Origin: a virus
Lineage: Duplodnaviria; Caudoviricetes
Length of the DNA stretch: 36,014 bases
Reading direction: 5' to 3' (one strand)
IMG/VR virus record: IMGVR_UViG_3300037445_000059
Coordinates: 1-36,014 of that record
The notes under the pieces are model-generated. The model had not been told where the DNA came from. It saw only the letters and a program-made list of their open reading frames with translations, and ran no database searches. The translations under genes and the position numbers were made by a program. This document shows, piece after piece, positions 17,411 to 25,974 of this stretch. The stretch's first letter is position 1, and every line of letters begins with the position of its first letter.

Positions 17411-18838
17411 ATGGCAACATTAGACGTAGCATTTTCAGGCGGGACGACGGGCGTGCCGGGGTTTGGAGACCGCTGGCAGATACAATTCGGTGGGACATGG
17501 GCGTTAACCGAGAAGTGGGGGTTGACGTTGGTGTCTACCGCCGGAGATTACGATGTTGGAAGTATTGATTTCTTCTCGGCGGTGTTGCTGCTTACGATGT
17601 GCACAACGTTTCGTAATCGCGTGTATATCGCAGCAGGAAGTCAATTCAACTTCAGTGATAATGGCGATCCGACGGGCTGGGAACAGCAAAACCCTGGAGC
17701 GGGGTTTGTTGGGTATTTGTCGTACTTTGGTGGACAGGATCAAGTGTACTCTATCTCGCAGCTACAAGGGAGACTTGTAGTGATAGCTAGAAGGAGCGTA
17801 CAGTTGTGGACCGTTGACGCTGACCCTGCGAATTTCGCGCTGGTGCAAGAGATGGACAATATCGGTTCGATTTCGAATCTTGCAACGCAGAACATTGGCG
17901 ATTTTGACGTTATTATTCTCGATGATACTGGTTTTCGTAGCTTGCGTACTCGCGAAGTCACCCTTAACGCGTACGTCGACGATATCGGCACGCCGGTGGA
18001 CGATTTGGTTCAATCGGACTTGCAAAGTGTATCGGCCGCCACGTGTTGCGCGGTCGTAGAACCTACGCTTAAGAACTACTGGGGTTACTTGAACGGTAAG
18101 ATTTATGTTCTATCACGCTACCCCAGTTCTAAAATTCAAGCTTGGACTATTTACCTCCCGACGTATGAAGCCTACTCCACCATCAACGCCTCAGGAGCGA
18201 ACTACGTCGATGCGAGACTCAACGCAACAGTCGTTACTAATTCGATATACAAGTGGACTCCCGGCGCACATGAGGTTAGCCTTGTTAACGGCACTCAAAC
18301 GCTTACGGCGGCGGGGTACTTCAAAGCGCAAAGCACGAGTGTTACTATTAATGGTAGTGGTGCTACTGTTAGCTATACCGGGTTGTTGCAGTTGGTGACG
18401 GTGACAACGTTCACCCCACAGAAGTTCGTGATTTTGAATGGGTTGGTGTATGTGCGGTGCGCAAATGGTGAGCTGCTAGTGTTTGGCGGAGCAGGTGGAA
18501 CTACCTACGACGGCAGTATTGTTACTGCTACGCTTCCCTGGTTGGACGACAAGAAGCCTGCCGACATGAAGCTCGCACAAGCGTTCGACGTTGCATGTGC
18601 TGGTAACTGGGCGGCGTCTATAAGTCCCGATCCCGCTACGAATTCACCTGTTGCGGTATGGAACGTTCCAAATCCGACAGGGCTTGAAACCGCCGACAGC
18701 TCCTTCGACCTCTTACGTATTGGATATGCACAAAAGGGTACGCACTTTCTCATTAGTTTTCAGTCAGACCCCACCTGGAACCAAATCGCTACTATTAGTG
18801 AAGTCCTATTCCATTACAACCGCGCTGATAAAAAGTAA
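17411..18838 (+). CDS. Tail nozzle, C-terminal beta-propeller part
   Basis: FRNRVYIA...FSD..DPTGW, GRLVVIARRSVQLW, NIG...DVIILDDTGFRSLR blades. Confidence 0.7.
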   Translation: MATLDVAFSGGTTGVPGFGDRWQIQFGGTWALTEKWGLTLVSTAGDYDVGSIDFFSAVLLLTMCTTFRNRVYIAAGSQFNFSDNGDPTGWEQQNPGAGFVGYLSYFGGQDQVYSISQLQGRLVVIARRSVQLWTVDADPANFALVQEMDNIGSISNLATQNIGDFDVIILDDTGFRSLRTREVTLNAYVDDIGTPVDDLVQSDLQSVSAATCCAVVEPTLKNYWGYLNGKIYVLSRYPSSKIQAWTIYLPTYEAYSTINASGANYVDARLNATVVTNSIYKWTPGAHEVSLVNGTQTLTAAGYFKAQSTSVTINGSGATVSYTGLLQLVTVTTFTPQKFVILNGLVYVRCANGELLVFGGAGGTTYDGSIVTATLPWLDDKKPADMKLAQAFDVACAGNWAASISPDPATNSPVAVWNVPNPTGLETADSSFDLLRIGYAQKGTHFLISFQSDPTWNQIATISEVLFHYNRADKK

Positions 18839-18843
18839 ACCGA

Positions 18844-19221
18844 ATGAATCTACTAAGTAACTTCATCTACATCGACCGTAAATTCAAGGACGAACAAGAG
18901 CTTCACGACGCGTTCGAAGCCGCAAAAGCCGAGAACCACGGCGTGTTCTGTCCCACCCATCCTTTGCGCAAGGACGGCGAGGTGGTAGGGTACTTCAGCG
19001 TTGGTAGTCCTGGCTATCCGGTGGTGTTTGCGTGGCTTGGCGAGTGCATACCGCCAAGAGAGAGTTTTAGCCTTGTAAATCGTATGGAGAACCACGTAGC
19101 CCTTGCCGGGGCGACTGGTATCTGCTTCCCAGTGCCGAAGTCTTCCCCCTTCCACCCGCTCATGGGGCATATGGGGTATAAAAACGGTGGAGAATACACG
19201 TTCTTTTACAAACCTTTATAA
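18844..19221 (+). CDS. Virion-assembly protein, possibly GNAT-like (T7 gp13 position)
   Basis: 125 aa between nozzle and ejection genes; DGEVVGYF and MGHMGYK patterns. Confidence 0.5.
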   Translation: MNLLSNFIYIDRKFKDEQELHDAFEAAKAENHGVFCPTHPLRKDGEVVGYFSVGSPGYPVVFAWLGECIPPRESFSLVNRMENHVALAGATGICFPVPKSSPFHPLMGHMGYKNGGEYTFFYKPL

Positions 19222-19233
19222 CAAGGAGGCAAC

Positions 19234-19860
19234 ATGGGTTTCGCAGTCGCAGATTTAATCAAAGGTAACGGGAATAACTACGCTCGTACCGCGCAGCAGC
19301 AGGAGCAACAGCGGCAGAACGCTATCGCTGGTGGGACTGCTGACATTAACAAGGCGTTTAGTGGGTTTACTCCTACTTTCTACCAGCAGCGCGCGCAGGC
19401 GTATCAGGATTTTGCCTTACCGCAACTCTCACAGCAGTATGAAACCAACCGAAATCAAGTCGGATTCAACCTTGCCAACCGTGGCGTGCTCAGAAGCGGC
19501 ACCGCTAACAAGCAATGGAGTAACCTCGCACGTGACCTCGGACAAGCAAAACAAACCATCGCCGACCAGGGTATTTCCCAAGCTGAACAGCTCCAGCAAG
19601 GAGTTGAAACTCAAAGGCAAAACCTTATCTCACAACTTTACCAGGGCGCAGACCCAGCTAACGCAGGCGCTAGCGCGATACAAGTTGCTGCGAATGCGTC
19701 TCAACCAAGCACGTTCGCGCCGCTCAGCAATATGTTCGCAAATCTTGCAAACCAATACTACCTCGGACAAGTGATTAACGCCTATCGTCCAACGAGTTAT
19801 GTGTCCGCGCCGCCAACGTATAGTGCAAGTCCTGGTGCCATCCCTCCAATAACTTACTAA
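19234..19860 (+). CDS. Internal virion (ejection) protein
   Basis: Gln/Ala-rich helical protein; AAGGAGG Shine-Dalgarno; position. Confidence 0.65.
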   Translation: MGFAVADLIKGNGNNYARTAQQQEQQRQNAIAGGTADINKAFSGFTPTFYQQRAQAYQDFALPQLSQQYETNRNQVGFNLANRGVLRSGTANKQWSNLARDLGQAKQTIADQGISQAEQLQQGVETQRQNLISQLYQGADPANAGASAIQVAANASQPSTFAPLSNMFANLANQYYLGQVINAYRPTSYVSAPPTYSASPGAIPPITY

Positions 19861-19872
19861 CATAAAACTAAA

Positions 19873-20625
19873 ATGAGTACAGGCGCAGGAGTTAGTGCAG
19901 CTACGAACATCGTTGGAGGTGAACTCCAAGGTTGGGCTGCGTTGCTTGACAAGTGGGCAATGCAGAAACAGTATCAGCAAGAAGCTGACATTCAAGCTGG
20001 GTATCGCAACCAAGCGTTAGGGCCACAAGGTCCGATACAAACTGGTATTCGCCAGTCATCCCCCGAAGCGATGACCGCCGGAGTAGACGCTGGCGCGGCA
20101 CTTCGGAATAAAGCTTATGGTGACATCGCTAAAGTCCCACTCGGCTCAGGGTTTAGCCGTCAATCGGAGTACAACCCCTCGGCGGATGACGCATACCTTG
20201 GACTTGTTGGTAAAGCTCGCGCGAACCTTGGTGGTTACAGCGACTGGGCTGTACAACAATCCATCAACAACTTACGAAACCAACAAGCGTTAAACCAAAT
20301 CATTAGCTTCGCCGGTGGTCAAGCGAAGAACGTCTACCCCTTGAAGGTGTACGAAGCTCAACACGCGAACGACGCAATGGCCGCTATCGGTCAAGCGATC
20401 AGCAGTATCGGCGGGGCAGCAGGCAACTACGCACAACTTTATGGTCAACAACCTACAGCACCAAGCTATCAATCAGGGTTTGTCAACTCTGGTGGCCTTG
20501 GCGGAGGAGCGTACTTTAGCGGTTATGGCGGGTATGGTAATCTTCCTCCCGCTGGCACTTCATATAGCCCTTGGACTGATCAAAACACTATCGGCTACGG
20601 CGGAGGGTTCATCCCAGGTTACTAA
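19873..20625 (+). CDS. Internal virion (ejection) protein
   Basis: Gly/Ala/Gln-rich with Gly/Tyr-rich tail; position. Confidence 0.65.
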   Translation: MSTGAGVSAATNIVGGELQGWAALLDKWAMQKQYQQEADIQAGYRNQALGPQGPIQTGIRQSSPEAMTAGVDAGAALRNKAYGDIAKVPLGSGFSRQSEYNPSADDAYLGLVGKARANLGGYSDWAVQQSINNLRNQQALNQIISFAGGQAKNVYPLKVYEAQHANDAMAAIGQAISSIGGAAGNYAQLYGQQPTAPSYQSGFVNSGGLGGGAYFSGYGGYGNLPPAGTSYSPWTDQNTIGYGGGFIPGY

Positions 20626-20637
20626 CAAAGGAAAATC

Positions 20638-21693
20638 ATGCCACATTACTTAGACAACAACATTTGGCAAGGCGTCGGGTCAACGTCGCAAGACGCCGGT
20701 GAGGCCTTCACGCGAGCGATTGTAGGAACACAAGCGTTGCGGTATCAACAAGCACAGATGCAGCAGCAACAGGCGATGGAGGCTGCACGGTTGGAGATGG
20801 AGAGGCAGAAACTCCTTACAGAGCTTCCACGTTTGCGGGCTGAGACTGATGAGTATAAGTCCAACACTGCACTCAACCGTCAAAAGCTATCGACCGCCAA
20901 CGAGACTACTGCGGCTGGTAAGCTCGCTAATCAAGCACTCCAGGCTCGACAAATGGTTCTTAACCCAGGGCAGGGTGGCGACTTTAAGCTGACCCCCGAA
21001 CTCTCCGCCGTGCTTCCCGCTGGTCAATACGACCAAAATGACTTGGCTAACCGTTTGCTTGGGTTAATCACTGGTGCTGGTGCTCAGGCGTCATTACAAG
21101 CCCCCAGTAGCGCCGTTAGTAGCATGGCACAAGCCGCCTACATGCAACAGTCCCCTGAAGGTCTACGTAATGTGGCTATTGGTGGTTATCCGCCAAACTC
21201 TGTACAACGTCCAACACCACAACAAGTCGGCGCTCAACGTATGGCTGAAGCGATTCTAGACTCAATGCTAAAAGGTCGCAAAACCGACTTCGGTGGTCAA
21301 GAGGAACCTGATTATGGTGAAGCGTCTGCGTTTGGGAATAGAGTTATCGGTAGCATTTACGGTGACTCGAATCCAAGTCTTCCGGTTCCTAACGTCGCAC
21401 CCGCTCCACCGGCACAACCGCGACCAATCGCAACGCCACAAGCTGCGCAGCAAACCGAAGGCATAGGTCCTATGTTAAAGCGAATCTTTTTCGGTGGGGG
21501 AGCTCCCGCCAACAGCTCAGCACCCGCCCTGATGCCAGCGCCCGCTCAACAATCCGCTGGAACCCAGGGTGCTGCTGCGGCTCCCCCACCGCAACAACGT
21601 CAACACGGTCAAATGGTGAAAACCGCCAAAGGCACCTTTGCGTGGAACGCTCAAACTCAAAGTTGGGACCCAGTTCAACCTCCACAACAATAA
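20638..21693 (+). CDS. Internal virion (ejection) protein
   Basis: Gln-rich coiled coil, Pro-rich linker, short C-terminal W-containing module. Confidence 0.65.
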   Translation: MPHYLDNNIWQGVGSTSQDAGEAFTRAIVGTQALRYQQAQMQQQQAMEAARLEMERQKLLTELPRLRAETDEYKSNTALNRQKLSTANETTAAGKLANQALQARQMVLNPGQGGDFKLTPELSAVLPAGQYDQNDLANRLLGLITGAGAQASLQAPSSAVSSMAQAAYMQQSPEGLRNVAIGGYPPNSVQRPTPQQVGAQRMAEAILDSMLKGRKTDFGGQEEPDYGEASAFGNRVIGSIYGDSNPSLPVPNVAPAPPAQPRPIATPQAAQQTEGIGPMLKRIFFGGGAPANSSAPALMPAPAQQSAGTQGAAAAPPPQQRQHGQMVKTAKGTFAWNAQTQSWDPVQPPQQ

Positions 21694-21694
21694 T

Positions 21695-24600
21695 ATGGGC
21701 TTAAGTGACGCAGATATTGGCTTGGGTACTATTATTCCGCCAAGACTCACAGACGCAGACATCGGTCTCGCCCCTGCGAGTGGGAAACTAACCGATGCCG
21801 ATATAGGTCTTGCCCAACCACTGGGCAATACTGGATTGCTTGGGGCGTTAGGTAGAGGGATACAACATGTGGAGCAAGCGGCGGCACCCCTGATGGGGCC
21901 AGTGCTTCAAGTGTTTCAGGATGATCCAGGTGAGGGGAGTATTGCACCCAGTTCACGTAGGTTCGCTGAAGCGACTGAAACGTATGGACCTCCGATAACA
22001 GGAGTAGTTGTACCTGGAATTGGACCGGGAGTGGTGCCGATTAATACACAAATCCCTGGGCGAGAGTTGAGTCCTCCGCCATCGCAAGAACCTATTCCGA
22101 CGTGGATGGTTGCGCCTGGACGTGCGTTAAAGACCGCAAATGAGCTTGTGAGTCCTATGAATGTGGGACTCGCGGCGGCAACGGGTGGAGCGGGGGAATT
22201 AGCACCAGCGGTCGCGAAGGCGTTGGCGATTGTGTTTGGTACGAAACTCGCGGCACAGGACTTACCGCAGCAGCTTGGACAGTTGAGTGCAGATCCTAGT
22301 CCGGAGAACATTAGTGATACGGCTATTAACGCACTCATGCTTGCGGGACTTGGTAAAGGCGTGATGCCGGAGAAGGCACCTGCGCCGTTGCCACCGGGAC
22401 CATACGAGCATGTGGCGGGAGAGCCAGATGTGGGGTATAGGAAGCGGTTTAGCGAGACTCCTCCGTTGATTGGTCAAAGGCCGATAAACGTGGAACAACC
22501 GGTGTTACAGCTCCGACAAGAAGCGCCAGGGTATATTGTTAAACCGAGCGACATTCAATCACCGCGTCCCCCTATCGAGGAGTTAGGTGGAAGGCAACTC
22601 GTGTATGGTAATATGGTTGAGCCGGATGTATTACCGCCAGAGCAACGACAGGGGGTTACAGGGCCGAGTGGACCTTATCGTAAGCCGTCGTCTCCACCAA
22701 CGATGGAGCAGTATCAGGCCCAGTTGGAGAAACGGAATGTTGAGAAGGGCTTGTTAGGTAGCGGTATTAACACCGACTATGAAGACTACCAACGGTTAAT
22801 GGGGTTGATGAAGGAAGCGTTAGGACGCAAGGATTACGATGAGTTTTGCAAGCTTCAGCAGCAGACAGAAGCGATAAAGAACCGTAACCCAGAACGTCCC
22901 GGTATGCCTCCTTCACCGCCAACGGCTCCGGTGGCTAAGACTCCTACCAAAGCCGACCTACGCCCCGCCATCGAAGTCAACGGCAAGCTACTCGTCGGAA
23001 ATGTTGGTGACACGCACGCAGATGTGCTTGCTCGTAATGGAATTAACCCGGAGACTATCCCGCACGAATCCCCGCAGAGAGGGTTTACCGTCGACGGGAA
23101 GACTTTAATCAATCGTACTGACGCAGCGAAGATCGCTGGTGAGCGCGGTACCGCAGCGGCTGGCGGGTTAGACAGCCAAGACCTATTCCCTGGAGGTAAT
23201 CCCAATGCCATTCGAGAGTTACGCGCAGGTAGCATACCTGAAACACAAGCACCCAGCAATTTACAAAAGGTGGGTGAAGAAGTACGGCAAGGAGCCGATG
23301 CAGAAGGTGCGACACGTCAAGCGCAAGAAGACGTGAACCGTCCTGGTACGTTTTATAGTGGAATGCCACTAAAACTCGAACGAAATAGACCCAAAGGCGA
23401 TCTCGAAGGTTTCTGGATGCACTCCGTCGGGCACCTAATTCCTGAAACTCAAGACTATCAACTCGCTCGCGAGATTGTTGATAAAGAACCTGCCAAAACC
23501 CCCTCCCCTGAGCAGATAAGTGACGAAGGCGCGAAGCGACTCGAACAAGAAATGATGAGTAAAGGCTTCACGAAGGTGGTCCGCCAAGGGGATACGTACT
23601 TCGTGGACAATAACGTGTCGAATCACCAGCTCGCTGGAATTCGTAACCAAGCGAAGTCAGAAGGAAGAACGGTTCAAACGATTGACTTTCACGCGGGGTT
23701 GAACCCGTTTGACCCAGAGCTTTTGACTCGCGTTCTCGATAAGTTTTACGGTCATGGCGTTAAGCGTGACCCAGAAGAACGACTCAAACACTTCGAAGCC
23801 AATCTCAGTGGTTGGTCTGCCCCGCACCACGCTATCGCAACGGAAGACGTAGGCAATAAGCTTGTGCGCTACGCCGCTGCTGACATCTACGCCAGCGAGT
23901 TAGGTCTCAGCGGTGCGCTCGGCGGCGCATTCCGCCGTGGGTATAAAGAACTCGCGTTAAAGGATTGGATTGAAGCAGGAATACGGGATGGGGTTTACGA
24001 GTACGCCAAATCGGGAGTACCGTCCACGATTACCGGTCCTACCAAAGCATTTCAAGTCTCTATCCGTGGCGTCGGTCATAAAACCCTTCGCGTCCGTGCG
24101 GACCTAGCTCCTGAATTTGACCAGGCGTTGAATGGAACTGGTATGCCTGCAAAGGCGGGTGCACAGTTGCTAGTAGATCTTCTCACGGAAGCACAAATCG
24201 CTGGTCCAACAGACGTCATCTACCACTTGGCGAACATGTATTCGTCGATTGTGAAAAGCCCTGGAAAGGTAGGGAATTACTACGCTGACCAGATGATGCG
24301 GGTGTATGGTGTGAAGCAACTCGACGCCATGGCGAGAATTGGTTGGAATATGTATAAAACCATGTCCAACGACCCAGCGGTGAGAGCCGAACTCGCGAAA
24401 CTCGCTCAGATAGGGGCGTTACGCGGCGAAGAAGGGCGGTCACCGTTTCTTGCTAAGATCACCGGCGGCGTGATTGACACTGGTCGCTGGATTCGAGTCA
24501 TCGACCGCGCAGGAAGGTATGCGAGAAGTCGCATGTATGACAATTTAGTCGAGCAAGGACTCGTAACGGATAATGAGTTAGACCGCCGAGAGTTTGTCAA

Positions 24601-25867
24601 CAAAATGGGGCAATATAACGCGAAGTTAATGTCTCACTGGCAAGCGAATCTTAAAAACATTACGTCGCAGTTTGTGGTCGCAGGGAGGACTTTTAACCGC
24701 AACGCGGCACAAAGTATTCTCGCGAGTAATGAATTTAGGTCAGCTGCTCCTAGTGCATACGCTAAGGCGAAGCTCTCAAACATAATGGCATTGATGAGCA
24801 CAGCGATTGTGGTGCCTATTGTCGCCAACGCTGTTATTACCGGCAAACCCTTTGGGCGAGCTGGTGTGCCTTTAGGTAAAATCGACACCGGTAAAGACGA
24901 CGAACAAGGTCGACCTATTACGGTTGACCCGATGAAAACTGACCTATCTCGCCGTGGTGCTCGTAACCTTGGAGTTGAGGACTTGCTTGAAGGAGTCAAA
25001 GCGAAGCGTGACCCGGTCGATATCGGCGCACGTATGATTAAGAGTATCGGTCTTGGAATTGCACGTCCATGGATGGGACCGCCAGTACGAATGGGTGAGG
25101 AATTCCTAGGCACGTATAAGGCAACTGGAAATGCCACTGATTCAATCAAAGCCGCTATACGGGCGGTGAATCCGCTTGTCTACGGGTCGGTATTCGGCTA
25201 CCCGGAGGAAAATAGTAAAGGTGGCGTGAAGGAGTTAGGGCAACAAACCGTGAAACAAGCTGGTGAAGCCTTCGGAGTAGGGTCTGGAAGGATTCTTTCT
25301 AACATCGAGAAAGTGGAAAAGGTCACCGGCAAGCCAGTCGAACAAACCTCCCTACGTGAGCGAGTCAAAGCGGAGCAGCAAGTGAAAAGCGAGAAGCTTC
25401 CTACCTCAGCAATGGAACAAGCCAAAATCGTTAGCCGTGCGGCGACGAACGAGGCAAAACGTGGGGACGAAGTGAAGGCGTCGTTTGACAAAGGTACAAA
25501 ACAATGGCTTGAATCGCGACAGCTTATCGTGCCGGGATATGACAATAAGCTAGAGTATGGTAAAACAAAAGTCTACCTCACCGGCGACGAAAGCAAACGT
25601 CTCGACGCGTTGGTGAAGGAAGAATATCTCGCGACAATCGACAAGATAAAGTCTTCCGCCAAGCTTGCCGACTTCGACGGTGCCTCAATCCAAAAGCGAC
25701 AAGAGGTCTTCCACCGTATGCTGGCGGAAGCCGCACGGCGGGCGAAGGACCGTCTTGGCAAGGAGTTATATGACAAAACCCCTGATAGCGATAGTAATGC
25801 CCAAAACTTGAGCAATACTCAGAAGAAACGCAAGCGGTACTCTTTCATCCAAGGCAACAACGAATAG
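21695..25867 (+). CDS. Large internal virion / DNA ejection protein (about 1390 aa)
   Basis: ATG at 21695, 1 bp after the previous stop; three N-terminal L(S/T)DADIGL repeats; last large gene of the virion operon. Confidence 0.75.
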   Translation: MGLSDADIGLGTIIPPRLTDADIGLAPASGKLTDADIGLAQPLGNTGLLGALGRGIQHVEQAAAPLMGPVLQVFQDDPGEGSIAPSSRRFAEATETYGPPITGVVVPGIGPGVVPINTQIPGRELSPPPSQEPIPTWMVAPGRALKTANELVSPMNVGLAAATGGAGELAPAVAKALAIVFGTKLAAQDLPQQLGQLSADPSPENISDTAINALMLAGLGKGVMPEKAPAPLPPGPYEHVAGEPDVGYRKRFSETPPLIGQRPINVEQPVLQLRQEAPGYIVKPSDIQSPRPPIEELGGRQLVYGNMVEPDVLPPEQRQGVTGPSGPYRKPSSPPTMEQYQAQLEKRNVEKGLLGSGINTDYEDYQRLMGLMKEALGRKDYDEFCKLQQQTEAIKNRNPERPGMPPSPPTAPVAKTPTKADLRPAIEVNGKLLVGNVGDTHADVLARNGINPETIPHESPQRGFTVDGKTLINRTDAAKIAGERGTAAAGGLDSQDLFPGGNPNAIRELRAGSIPETQAPSNLQKVGEEVRQGADAEGATRQAQEDVNRPGTFYSGMPLKLERNRPKGDLEGFWMHSVGHLIPETQDYQLAREIVDKEPAKTPSPEQISDEGAKRLEQEMMSKGFTKVVRQGDTYFVDNNVSNHQLAGIRNQAKSEGRTVQTIDFHAGLNPFDPELLTRVLDKFYGHGVKRDPEERLKHFEANLSGWSAPHHAIATEDVGNKLVRYAAADIYASELGLSGALGGAFRRGYKELALKDWIEAGIRDGVYEYAKSGVPSTITGPTKAFQVSIRGVGHKTLRVRADLAPEFDQALNGTGMPAKAGAQLLVDLLTEAQIAGPTDVIYHLANMYSSIVKSPGKVGNYYADQMMRVYGVKQLDAMARIGWNMYKTMSNDPAVRAELAKLAQIGALRGEEGRSPFLAKITGGVIDTGRWIRVIDRAGRYARSRMYDNLVEQGLVTDNELDRREFVNKMGQYNAKLMSHWQANLKNITSQFVVAGRTFNRNAAQSILASNEFRSAAPSAYAKAKLSNIMALMSTAIVVPIVANAVITGKPFGRAGVPLGKIDTGKDDEQGRPITVDPMKTDLSRRGARNLGVEDLLEGVKAKRDPVDIGARMIKSIGLGIARPWMGPPVRMGEEFLGTYKATGNATDSIKAAIRAVNPLVYGSVFGYPEENSKGGVKELGQQTVKQAGEAFGVGSGRILSNIEKVEKVTGKPVEQTSLRERVKAEQQVKSEKLPTSAMEQAKIVSRAATNEAKRGDEVKASFDKGTKQWLESRQLIVPGYDNKLEYGKTKVYLTGDESKRLDALVKEEYLATIDKIKSSAKLADFDGASIQKRQEVFHRMLAEAARRAKDRLGKELYDKTPDSDSNAQNLSNTQKKRKRYSFIQGNNE
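21806..21832. repeat. 27-bp palindromic motif, copy 6
   Basis: GGTCTTGCCCA-ACCAC-TGGGCAATACT, read as GLAQPLGNT. Confidence 0.8.
25793..25819. repeat. 27-bp palindromic motif, copy 7
   Basis: AGTAATGCCCA-AAACT-TGAGCAATACT, read as SNAQNLSNT. Confidence 0.9.
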
Positions 25868-25869
25868 CC

Positions 25870-25965
25870 ATGCCCGAAGGTGATGCAGAACTTGAAGACG
25901 ACGGCTTACCGGACGAAATCCGACAGGCTAGTTGGGAAGATGACGACGGTGACGAAGAAGAATAA
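25870..25965 (+). CDS. 31-aa highly acidic peptide (not in the ORF track)
   Basis: MPEGDAELEDDGLPDEIRQASWEDDDGDEEE; starts 2 bp after the previous stop, ends 9 bp before the ATP-grasp ATG; 16/31 residues D/E. Confidence 0.6.
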   Translation: MPEGDAELEDDGLPDEIRQASWEDDDGDEEE

Positions 25966-25974
25966 CTCTAACTC

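Noticed and set aside
21638-21694. Track start of the 1409-aa ORF
   Set aside because: Overlaps the upstream gene; ATG 21695 directly after that stop is more plausible
21938-21950. AGTATTGCACCCA as a ninth motif copy
   Set aside because: Only a partial half-site with no second arm at the right distance
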